A stretch of DNA of 64,000 nt, from positions 20,526-84,525 of the forward strand of contig CAWHCL010000003.1 of assembly GCA_963827815.1 (NCBI GenBank), given 5' to 3'. Position 1 is the stretch's first letter. Every line of letters starts with the position of its first letter. The notes beneath the pieces are model-generated. The model was not told where the DNA came from. It did not search any database and worked only from the letters and a program-made list of their open reading frames with translations. The DNA comes from an uncultured Verrucomicrobiae bacterium (lineage in GTDB: Bacteria; Verrucomicrobiota; Verrucomicrobiia; Limisphaerales; UBA11358). Shown piece after piece: positions 8,182-15,566 of the stretch. Both the position numbers and the translations under genes were made by a program.

Positions 8182-8425
8182 TGTCGCCCTGGCCGCCTTC
8201 AACTTTCTTGGCACGAGTTGCGCCCATAAAATAGCCAGATGATGACGCTGAACCAGTCGGGATGCCACCGGATTCCGTTTAAGCCGTGAAAATAAGAAAA
8301 CGTCTTATTATCGTTTTTTGCATTTTGTGAAAATAGCGGCAAAACGATAAATCCAAAGTGAACTTTAGAAATAGGCGATAAATCTAAACCAGACTTTAGA
8401 AAACGCGCCGTTGCGCGGCATGGGA

Positions 8426-8617
8426 TCACTGGCTTGTCGGACGACGAGAGGATTCTAGATCGGCGAGCTGGTCATTCACTTCGAGACGAGCGATGCGCCG
8501 ACGCAAAACACGGGTGGACGCTTTGATTTCCTCCGTGGACTCCCAATGGGTCATGTTGGAGTGGCCGCGTTTGCCACCCTGACCGCCTTCAACTTTCTTT
8601 GCACGAGTTGCACCCAT
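8426..8617 (-). CDS. small basic hypothetical protein (MGATRAKKVEGGQGGKRGHSNMTHWE...)
   Basis: ORF track 8426-8641, trimmed to the internal ATG. Its first 14 codons recur as a remnant at 8183-8227. Confidence 0.55.
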   Translation of the reverse strand: MGATRAKKVEGGQGGKRGHSNMTHWESTEEIKASTRVLRRRIARLEVNDQLADLESSRRPTSQ

Positions 8618-8722
8618 AAAACAGTTGAACCATGATGGCATCGAGCCAGCCGAAGCACCAACGGAATTGTGTCAACGCCGCTTGCGACCGAGAAACCAAG
8701 CGGCGGAAAGGCAACATCCGAC

Positions 8723-8751
8723 TTGACATTGTTTACGTTGTAAACGATACT
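8723..8751 (+). promoter_or_regulatory. candidate promoter TTGACA-17 nt-GATACT with GTTTAC/GTAAAC operator palindrome, implying a leaderless TA mRNA
   Basis: The -10 element ends 6 nt before the ATG at 8758. The inverted repeat 8731-8736 / 8740-8745 sits in the spacer. Confidence 0.5.
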
Positions 8752-8757
8752 CTGGTC

Positions 8758-9120
8758 ATGCCAACAATTGTGCAATCGTGTCGGATCGAAGAAGGTCATG
8801 CGGCGTTGCTTTCGCGGCAGGCGAAGCGGCGTCATCTAGAAGTGTCCACATTGAGCAGCCTTTATCTGAAGGAAAAAGCGCTGGAGGAAGAATATCCGGG
8901 AATCGGCTTTCGCGACTCGGTGGGTGGCCGTGAAGCGTATGTTCAGGGCCATCGTGTCGCCGTGTGGGAAGTGGTGGACGTGTATCGCGAAGCCAAAACC
9001 ATCAGCAGGACGGCGGATCACTTTCGATGGACCCCGGCGCTGGTGCGGTGTGCGCTGGCGTATGCGAAAGATTTTGCGAAGGAGATATTGCAACAGCGCC
9101 AGGCCGAGGTTCCCGCGTGA
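8758..9120 (+). CDS. DUF433-like antitoxin-type protein
   Basis: C-terminal YPGIGFRDSVGGREAYVQGHRVAVWEVVDVYREAKTISRTADHFRWTPALVRCALAYA matches the DUF433 pattern as I recall it. It has a GTGA overlap with the next gene. Confidence 0.7.
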   Translation: MPTIVQSCRIEEGHAALLSRQAKRRHLEVSTLSSLYLKEKALEEEYPGIGFRDSVGGREAYVQGHRVAVWEVVDVYREAKTISRTADHFRWTPALVRCALAYAKDFAKEILQQRQAEVPA

Positions 9121-9491
9121 AGCCGCGACTGCTGGGGGATGAAAACACGTCGCACCGGCTGGTGGCGGCGTGCCGGCAAATTGATGCGGACTTTCCCCTC
9201 GTTCACATTTCGGACTGGAAGGAAGGCGCTTATCTGTCGGTGAAAGACCCAGCATTGCTGATGACGCTGCGGGAATTGGAGATCATTCTCGTGGGCTTTG
9301 ATCGGGCGAGCATCCCGATGCACGCGGGTGAACTGACGCGCGAGGGTTTGGGACACGCGGGCGTGATCCTCTTCCGCCGTTCGGTGCCGGCGGTGGCGTA
9401 TGGCAAGCAAGCCCGCCTGTTGGTGGATCTGTGGCGTGAGGCCGAGGATTGGGATTGGGCGGATCGTATCGAATATCTGCCACGACCATAA
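9117..9491 (+). CDS. DUF5615-like (PIN/Mut7-C-like) toxin-type protein
   Basis: GTG start overlaps the upstream stop. VKPRLLGDENTSHRLV..., about 125 aa, in the typical position downstream of DUF433. Confidence 0.65.
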   Translation: MKPRLLGDENTSHRLVAACRQIDADFPLVHISDWKEGAYLSVKDPALLMTLRELEIILVGFDRASIPMHAGELTREGLGHAGVILFRRSVPAVAYGKQARLLVDLWREAEDWDWADRIEYLPRP

Positions 9492-9611
9492 ACCAACTGA
9501 TATAAATTTCATGTGCGGCTCGCTGACGCCAGTCAGCGGGCCGCGTTGCTTTTGGTGGACCTGTGCGCCGTGGCCGTTGTGGGTTTATAACCGGATTGAG
9601 GCTGATGACCA

Positions 9612-9941
9612 TTGGGGATGCAATATCAGCATCATCTCAAGAAGTGTCTCAACTGTAACAAATGGTTTGAACCCGATCCACGCACCCGGTCTCGCCAACA
9701 ATTCTGCATACGGCCCGCCTGTCGCAAGATCAGTAAAATATGGAGTCAGCAGCAATGGCGGGCCAAGCCAGGGAATCGAAACCTGAGCAACCCGGTAAAG
9801 GATCGGGAGCGAGTCCGGGACTGGCGCAAGGCCCATTCTGAATATTGGAAACGCGTATTCCGCAGATTCCATCGAGGTAAAATTGTGCTACGGAGATGTG
9901 ATAGATGGTTTGAGCGGCGTGTGTATAGTCTTCCGCCATGA
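9612..9941 (+). CDS. small Cys4 zinc-ribbon-like protein, paralog of 1618-1902
   Basis: KCLNCNKWFEPDPRTRSRQQFCIRPACRKISK...RERVRDWRKAHSEYWKR aligns with the 1618 ORF. Confidence 0.6.
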   Translation: MGMQYQHHLKKCLNCNKWFEPDPRTRSRQQFCIRPACRKISKIWSQQQWRAKPGNRNLSNPVKDRERVRDWRKAHSEYWKRVFRRFHRGKIVLRRCDRWFERRVYSLPP

Positions 9942-10261
9942 TTATGCGAGATGATCAACATCGTTTTCTGATGATTTATGGACACCTACCGGCGCGGGTC
10001 GATGCGGAGCAAGCGGGCTGGTTGCTAAATTGTCTCCCGCATAACATTCCTATCCTGGTGGCTGCGCGGCTTTTGAAGCCATTAGGTAATCCGCCTGCCA
10101 ATAGCATCAAATTTTTCGCCACCGCAGAGATTCTAGAACTTTCCAAAGACAAGGCATGGCTGAGCAGGATGACGAATGCTGTCTATCAATATTGGCAAAG
10201 GAAGAACGCCAACAAAAAGCACCGAATCCTGGCTCAGACGGAGAATGCAAACTTAGCCTGA
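9938..10261 (+). CDS. hypothetical protein, possibly DNA-binding or excisionase-like
   Basis: ATGA overlap with the Zn-ribbon ORF implies coupling. LPARVDAEQAGWLLNCLPHNIPILVAARLLKP is HTH-like, but the assignment is weak. Confidence 0.45.
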   Translation: MIMRDDQHRFLMIYGHLPARVDAEQAGWLLNCLPHNIPILVAARLLKPLGNPPANSIKFFATAEILELSKDKAWLSRMTNAVYQYWQRKNANKKHRILAQTENANLA

Positions 10262-10531
10262 CGCGAAAATGATTAATTTCAAGCAACCGCAACGGATTGT
10301 TCCCAAACCTCAACCTGACGCCGCAAACAACACGTGGTGGCCGGCATGCTTATGCACCGAGGATGCCGCGCGTTATCTCGGCTTTGATCCATCAACAATT
10401 CCGTTTGGCGGGCCCTATCCCGAAGCTCAGAATTTACCACCTGCATCTTAAAGTTTGTTTGGTGTGCCGCGCTGGATGAGTCAAGTGTAAGTCAAGTTTT
10501 TGGTCAAGCGGTTGGAAATGGGAAAAGGGAT

Positions 10532-10682
10532 TGGCTGGCATGGGCGTATCTACCAACTGACCGACTTCAGACACCGTCAACTCTCCCGAAACCAACACTG
10601 TCTGCTACCGTCAACCGACACTCACGCTCATACCAGCCAATGCACACTCGTCCCCTTTTCCAATCTGTCAAGTGGCTGTGTT
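10532..10682. repeat. 151-nt direct repeat, copy B
   Basis: See copy A. Confidence 0.85.
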
Positions 10683-10888
10683 GCCGCCTTGGCCAACGTG
10701 AAAAGGCGAAATGAAAATTTGAAACTGCCCTACCTCACCCAATGCCCTCACCCCCAGCCCCTCTCCCATCCGATCCGCCTCCATCGGATTTCGGCGCGAC
10801 GGGTGGGCGAGGGTGGCGTCGGACTCTCCCTCCCATCCGATGGGCCGGAGAGGGAATATGCCGAGGCGTGAGAAATAAAATGGAAAAA

Positions 10889-12148
10889 TCAGGCCAGAAT
10901 GTATTGTCCGGTCTTCCTGGTGCCGACGCGCTTCACCAGTCCGGCCTTGATCAGAGGACGTAACAAATCCAGCGAACCTTGTTTGGAGACACCGAGCGCG
11001 TCCCACAGTTCACGCGGGGTCATGCCCCGATTGTCGCGCAATAAATCCAGCAACTGTTCCTGCTTTGGGCGTAAGACCAGTTTCTCCTGTCCCGGTTGGG
11101 CGGAAAGTTTCTGCACACGTATCCACACGCGCTCCAGTATCAGCAATAAACCTTCGGCACAGTATGCCAGCCATTGTGTTAAATCTTCGCCTTCACGGCG
11201 CACGCCGTCCAGTGCCTTGTAGTAGCGCGGGCGATTCTCCCAATAATATTCGTCCACGGAAAAAATGTGATGGGTGTCGAAGCCGCGCCGGTAAAGTTCC
11301 CACACCCGATTGATGAGAATGTCGCCATCGGCCAACGCGAACTGCTCCCGCTCTTTCTTACTTATCTGAAGGCGCTTTAGCTCTGACCAATTGGTGATTT
11401 TACCATCGTAGAAAGCGTCAATGCGGACGATTGGCGTTCCACTGCCATAACACGATTGGGGTTTGTAGAGTCCGTTATTTGGACCTTTGGAAATCAAACT
11501 TCCAAACTCAACCAACTCCCAACTGCGCGGCAAATCGTCTGGGCCATCATCGCCTTCCCGCCAATCGGCGGTGAGGCGGCCGGAGCAGGCGGCGGCAAGG
11601 ACGGATTGGCGAAAGCGTTTGAGCAGCGTCGGCAGTTTTTGCAGCCGCTGCTGGCAGGCGTCAACTTGGCTCAACAGCGTCTCCAGCTTCGCCACAATCT
11701 GCCGCTGTTCGGCCAACGGAGCGAGCGGCATTTCAAAATCTGTGATGACTTCATCCGATGTAGTCGGATACATCGTGCCCGTGCAGTTTTCGCCGAGGTA
11801 ATTGAGATAAGCACGATTCCAAGCCAAGAATTGCCACAAGCATTTTTCAGCAAGTGCGCCTTTGTTTCGCAGCACCGTGAATGCCGAAGAGACTTCAAGT
11901 TTATCTTCACGAATCTGGATTATTGCACCACGCGTTGGCCTGACTTTCGATACGAGCACATCATTCTTCTTCGCGACTCGGCATCCTTTGACGGAAGGTT
12001 TGTCCGTGAGCGTGTAATTTTTTGAGCCGATGTCTACGTTGCCGATTTCCAAATACGGAACAACACCTTCACGACCTTTTTCTTTGGGAACATCACATAA
12101 TTCGCTGATGCGAGCTGTTGCCCATCCTTGTGGCAGTTCGTCACTCAT
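10889..12148 (-). CDS. hsdS: type I R-M specificity subunit truncated in TRD2 and fused to the C-terminal part of a Fic-family protein, including its wHTH tail
   Basis: TRD1, then the central helix LAPLAEQRQIVAKLETLLSQVDACQQRLQ, then the start of TRD2 up to GDILINRV (junction near 11300). After that come WELYRRGFDTHHIFSVDEYYWENRPRYYKAL...GEDLTQWLAYCAEGL and LRPKQEQLLDLL...MTPRELWDALGVSKQGSLDLLRPLIKAGLVKRVG. No HPFxxGNGR motif is present. Confidence 0.8.
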   Translation of the reverse strand: MSDELPQGWATARISELCDVPKEKGREGVVPYLEIGNVDIGSKNYTLTDKPSVKGCRVAKKNDVLVSKVRPTRGAIIQIREDKLEVSSAFTVLRNKGALAEKCLWQFLAWNRAYLNYLGENCTGTMYPTTSDEVITDFEMPLAPLAEQRQIVAKLETLLSQVDACQQRLQKLPTLLKRFRQSVLAAACSGRLTADWREGDDGPDDLPRSWELVEFGSLISKGPNNGLYKPQSCYGSGTPIVRIDAFYDGKITNWSELKRLQISKKEREQFALADGDILINRVWELYRRGFDTHHIFSVDEYYWENRPRYYKALDGVRREGEDLTQWLAYCAEGLLLILERVWIRVQKLSAQPGQEKLVLRPKQEQLLDLLRDNRGMTPRELWDALGVSKQGSLDLLRPLIKAGLVKRVGTRKTGQYILA

Positions 12149-12531
12149 TCCGAAATTTCCTGAAGGAATAAGATTTTATAGACGTTGGTTCGATTTGCCT
12201 GCTGCTCACGAAAACGAATTTCATTCGCGTCTGACGACTGGCCGATGACCTTGAACCGGCCACGGTAATACCATTTGCCATCCAACTCTTGAACGAACAC
12301 CGGAACAGGTTCGGCCTGCGCACAAAATGTATCGGCCCATGGAGCGATGAACTTTCCATTTTTTGGGATGATCTCGTATGGCGCGCGCGGATTCTTGTCG
12401 ATCCGAAGACAAGCGGCAGCAACTTTATCCGTGCCCTTGTAGTGAAGCACGTAAAAGACAGGTCCGGCCACCGCGTTCAATCCGGTTAGAATTTCGCTCC
12501 ACTCGTAGGTTTGATTTTTGATGAAGTCCAT
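12145..12531 (-). CDS. 128-aa hypothetical protein translationally coupled to hsdS; tentatively a PUA/SRA- or DUF3427-like beta-barrel
   Basis: ATGA overlap with the hsdS start. PVPVFVQELDGKWYYRGRFKV resembles the barrel-type motif of modified-DNA reader domains. This is a guess. Confidence 0.6.
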   Translation of the reverse strand: MDFIKNQTYEWSEILTGLNAVAGPVFYVLHYKGTDKVAAACLRIDKNPRAPYEIIPKNGKFIAPWADTFCAQAEPVPVFVQELDGKWYYRGRFKVIGQSSDANEIRFREQQANRTNVYKILFLQEISE

Positions 12532-12569
12532 TAAATGATTGATTATTTCTTCACGCCTCCGTTGCCTTT

Positions 12570-12641
12570 GTAGCAGCCGACGTGAGAAGGCTCCAATTGA
12601 AAATCGGAAATTGAAATGAGCCTCGTCACCTCGGCTGCTAC
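12570..12641. repeat. REP-like hairpin with arms GTAGCAGCCGACGTGAGAAGGCTC / GAGCCTCGTCACCTCGGCTGCTAC
   Basis: 24-nt imperfect inverted arms around a 24-nt loop. A third related arm lies at 7996-8019. Confidence 0.6.
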
Positions 12642-12661
12642 GCGATTGTATTGGCCGTCGC

Positions 12662-12760
12662 TCACTTTTCCACCCCTTCCTCTTTTTCCAGCAGCGTGAT
12701 GATTTCGCGCAAATCGTCCACGACGGATTCCAGTTCCGTGATGGCTTCCGCCTTCGCTGC
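12662..12760 (-). pseudogene. orphan duplicate of the hsdM 3' end, covering the last 30-35 codons plus the stop
   Basis: It encodes ...AEAITELESVVDDLREIITLLEKEEGVEK*, against the hsdM tail ...TEAVTELEAVVDDLREIIELLEKEEGVEK*. The first 26 nt, counted from the stop codon (plus-strand TCA at 12662-12664), are identical, and the copy is out of frame with hsdM. Confidence 0.7.
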
Positions 12761-12798
12761 GCTTCGGCGCGACAGGTCGCTTTGGCGTGGATTGGCGG

Positions 12799-14256
12799 TC
12801 ACTTTTCCACCCCTTCCTCTTTTTCGAGCAACTCGATTATTTCCCTAAGGTCATCCACCACCGCCTCAAGTTCTGTGACCGCTTCAGTTGCCAAGTCCTG
12901 CGGTTCGGGCAGTTCGTCGCTGTCTTCCAGCGAGTCGTCCTTGAGCCAGGTCACGTCCAATTTGAATTGGCGATTGCGGATTTCGGAATGCGGAAAACAA
13001 CGGAAGCGTCCGGTCTCGCCGCCATCGGTCCGTTTGCTCAAGCCGTTCGGGTCTTTGCCGTAGGCTTTTTCAAATTCTTCAAAGTGCGCCGACGTGAGCG
13101 GACGATCTTTCTTGGTGATGCCGGGCACGTTGGAGCGCGCGTCGAAAATCCAGACGTTTTCCGTGGGTTTGCCCTTTTGCAGGAAGATGACATTGGCTTT
13201 CACGCCCTGGCTGTATGGCGTGAACGTGCCGCGCGGCAGGCGCAGGACGGTGTGCAGGTTGCAGTCCTGCATGAGAATCTCGAAGACCTCGCCGGCCTTG
13301 CCCTCGAACAGGCAATTGTCCGGCAGCACAATGGCGGCGCGTCCGCCGGGTTTTAGGATGGTAAGGACGTGCTGGACGAAGTTGAGCTGCTTGTTGCTGG
13401 TCTCGATGGTGAAGTCGTCGCGGTCGGGCGCTTGGTTCGCGCCTTTCGTGCCGAAGGGCGGATTGGTAAGGACGCAATCGAAACGGTCGCCTCGATCCGG
13501 TTCGTAAATGGTGTCGCCCAGCGCGATATGCGGTTCGACGCCGTGCAGGAACAGGTTCATAAGCGCGAGCCGGCGCGGGCGCGGCACGAGGTCCTGACCG
13601 TGATACACTTTTTTGCGGATGAAATAATCGGCGCGGTCAAACACGCCGCCGGAGACGGGCTTGGAGATGAGCCATTCCCACGCGCAGACGAGAAAGCCGC
13701 CGGTGCCGCAGGCGGGATCGCAGAGGCGGAAGTCGGGATTGCCGCGCGGGTCGGGCTTCATGACGCGGCAGATGGTCTGGATGAGCGGGCGGGGCGTGAA
13801 GTATTGGCCTGCGCCTTTCTTGCCTTCGCTGGCGGCCTTTTCGAGCAGGCCCTCGAACGCCGCGCCTTTCACGTCCACATCCATGGCGGACCAGTCTTCC
13901 TCGTCAATCATGGCGATGACGCGCTTGAGGTTGACGGGATTGTTGAAGCGCGGCGTGGCCTGCGCAAAGATGTCGCCAAGGAGGCCGGCGGACTCGCGCA
14001 ATTTTCGAAGATTGTCAGCGTATTGATCGGTCAGGGCGGTGCCGGACTTTTCCTTGAGACAGGCCCAGGAACAATCCGAGGTTTCCCTTTGGCCTTTGGC
14101 ATTGGTGGATTGAACCTTGGTGAGGTCCACGCCGCGTTCCTCGGCCATTTTCAGGAACAGCAGGTAGGTGAGTTGCTCGATGTAGTCGCCGTAATCCACG
14201 CCGTCATGGCGCAGGGTGTGACAGAAGCCCCAGAGTTTTTGGACGATGTCGGACAT
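12799..14256 (-). CDS. hsdM: type I R-M N6-adenine DNA methyltransferase subunit
   Basis: N-terminal HsdM-type region, motif I DPACGTGGFL, motif IV TNPPFG. Confidence 0.95.
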   Translation of the reverse strand: MSDIVQKLWGFCHTLRHDGVDYGDYIEQLTYLLFLKMAEERGVDLTKVQSTNAKGQRETSDCSWACLKEKSGTALTDQYADNLRKLRESAGLLGDIFAQATPRFNNPVNLKRVIAMIDEEDWSAMDVDVKGAAFEGLLEKAASEGKKGAGQYFTPRPLIQTICRVMKPDPRGNPDFRLCDPACGTGGFLVCAWEWLISKPVSGGVFDRADYFIRKKVYHGQDLVPRPRRLALMNLFLHGVEPHIALGDTIYEPDRGDRFDCVLTNPPFGTKGANQAPDRDDFTIETSNKQLNFVQHVLTILKPGGRAAIVLPDNCLFEGKAGEVFEILMQDCNLHTVLRLPRGTFTPYSQGVKANVIFLQKGKPTENVWIFDARSNVPGITKKDRPLTSAHFEEFEKAYGKDPNGLSKRTDGGETGRFRCFPHSEIRNRQFKLDVTWLKDDSLEDSDELPEPQDLATEAVTELEAVVDDLREIIELLEKEEGVEK

Positions 14257-14258
14257 GA

Positions 14259-15545
14259 TTATTTATTTGGCTTTTCAGAATCCGTAGTCGGGGCCGGATT
14301 TACCGATGAAAAGAGTTTGCCAGCAATGGCTGGTCGGTAATTTGGGGGAGACTTCAAGTAGTTTAAATTAATTTTGGGCATTGAAGCCAATGCAGCCCCC
14401 AATGATTTCATAGCATTTTGCATTTCTGGGCTGTTAAAACCTGAAAGCGCCACTTTTGCCATCGGACTGATAAAAGTAAACTGACTGTCAATATAGCTAA
14501 TATTTTCCAAGGTGTAATTACTAAAAGCACCATCATCCGCTATGGTGCATTTCCATTCCACATCAAAGAACACTGTCAACGTTGATTCCCGAATGTATCC
14601 GGAAGAAGTATTTTTGTAATCGACCAAGTAATTGATCCTCGTTTTCCATCGATATGAGTTATCTCCTGTAACACTATTTAGACTTGTTTCTCCGACGACC
14701 AATCTCTTCGTTTCCGGCGAAGGCTCCCATCCGACCGCAAGGACCGTTTCATAAATATTTTTGGGTGTAGGCAGGGCTAAATGCTTTTGTTGTTCTGTTT
14801 CTATACGTTTCTGAAGATCAAATTCATAAAACAAACCAGACTCATCTGATTGATCATAAAACTGTTTGCCTGCATTGGTCAGCATTGTGTTTACGAATGC
14901 CTCTTCAAGTTGTTTGCTCATCAATTCGATTTTTGATCGAAATAACCCGAGAGATTTGTAAACGGTAAATCTGTCTGTTTGGCCAATCTTGGCGTTTGTT
15001 GCCTCCGTCAAAATTTGGTCCCCACAAATAAAAGCAATATGGTCAACGTGTTTTGTTTCATAAAGGTACGCAACGGTTTCCATGACCAGCCTGTCTCGGA
15101 AACCTTTTTCCTCGTCAGGGTTTTCAATAAAGGGTGGATTCCGCCAGATGGCATCCTCAATGACTAACTTCCAATCAATTTTTGTGTCAGGTGTCGGGAT
15201 TTCCACACCACCCACAGACTTCAGCCAGTCGGCAAAGCGCGTCATAAGTGCCTTTTTTAGGGTGGATAGGTCTGGCGCAGGCGGACTCTCGAGACCGGTG
15301 CAATCCTTAACCGTCGCCATATTCTTGCTCAGATTCTCAAGTGATTGTCTTACGGTTGAAAACTTCTGAAACAGAATTTCTCCAACCACAACAGCAGGAA
15401 CCTCAATACGACCTTTCCCAATTTTTCTACAATTATTCCATTCCGTCTCAAATCCGGGGGAGACAATTTGTTGCGGCTTGTTAGTAAACAGGCTGTTTGA
15501 ATCCGGAATTACCGAGTATGTTGTTGTTCTTTTCGGATGGGACAT
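14259..15545 (-). CDS. PIN-like nuclease-domain protein with an unknown C-terminal domain of about 230 aa, embedded in the hsd operon
   Basis: Intact 428-aa ORF, 21 nt after the hsdR stop and 2 nt before the hsdM start. AT-rich. Acidic residues sit in PIN-like contexts: IPDSN, VVVGEI, FRDRLVMET, FICGDQ. Confidence 0.7.
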   Translation of the reverse strand: MSHPKRTTTYSVIPDSNSLFTNKPQQIVSPGFETEWNNCRKIGKGRIEVPAVVVGEILFQKFSTVRQSLENLSKNMATVKDCTGLESPPAPDLSTLKKALMTRFADWLKSVGGVEIPTPDTKIDWKLVIEDAIWRNPPFIENPDEEKGFRDRLVMETVAYLYETKHVDHIAFICGDQILTEATNAKIGQTDRFTVYKSLGLFRSKIELMSKQLEEAFVNTMLTNAGKQFYDQSDESGLFYEFDLQKRIETEQQKHLALPTPKNIYETVLAVGWEPSPETKRLVVGETSLNSVTGDNSYRWKTRINYLVDYKNTSSGYIRESTLTVFFDVEWKCTIADDGAFSNYTLENISYIDSQFTFISPMAKVALSGFNSPEMQNAMKSLGAALASMPKINLNYLKSPPNYRPAIAGKLFSSVNPAPTTDSEKPNK

Positions 15546-15566
15546 TTTGATTCCTTTTTTCAGGGT

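Noticed and set aside
8199-8429. 76-aa minus-strand ORF
   Set aside because: It spans an AT-rich stretch made of a hairpin-plus-T-run (8291-8319) and two 27-nt direct repeats (8345-8371 and 8376-8402). It looks like regulatory or terminator DNA rather than a gene.
10269-10451. 60-aa ORF with an HTH_17-like start (CTEDAARYLGFDPSTI)
   Set aside because: The motif breaks off after the first helix and may continue in another frame (10297-10479). It is too uncertain to call as a gene and may be a frameshifted AlpA-like remnant.
14433-14449. 17-nt exact match (GTTAAAACCTGAAAGCG) shared with 18694-18710, both encoding LSGFN on the minus strand
   Set aside because: A single 17-mer coincidence in 64 kb is not clearly beyond chance, and the flanks do not align. 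It may simply belong to the CCTGAAAG-type simple repeats.
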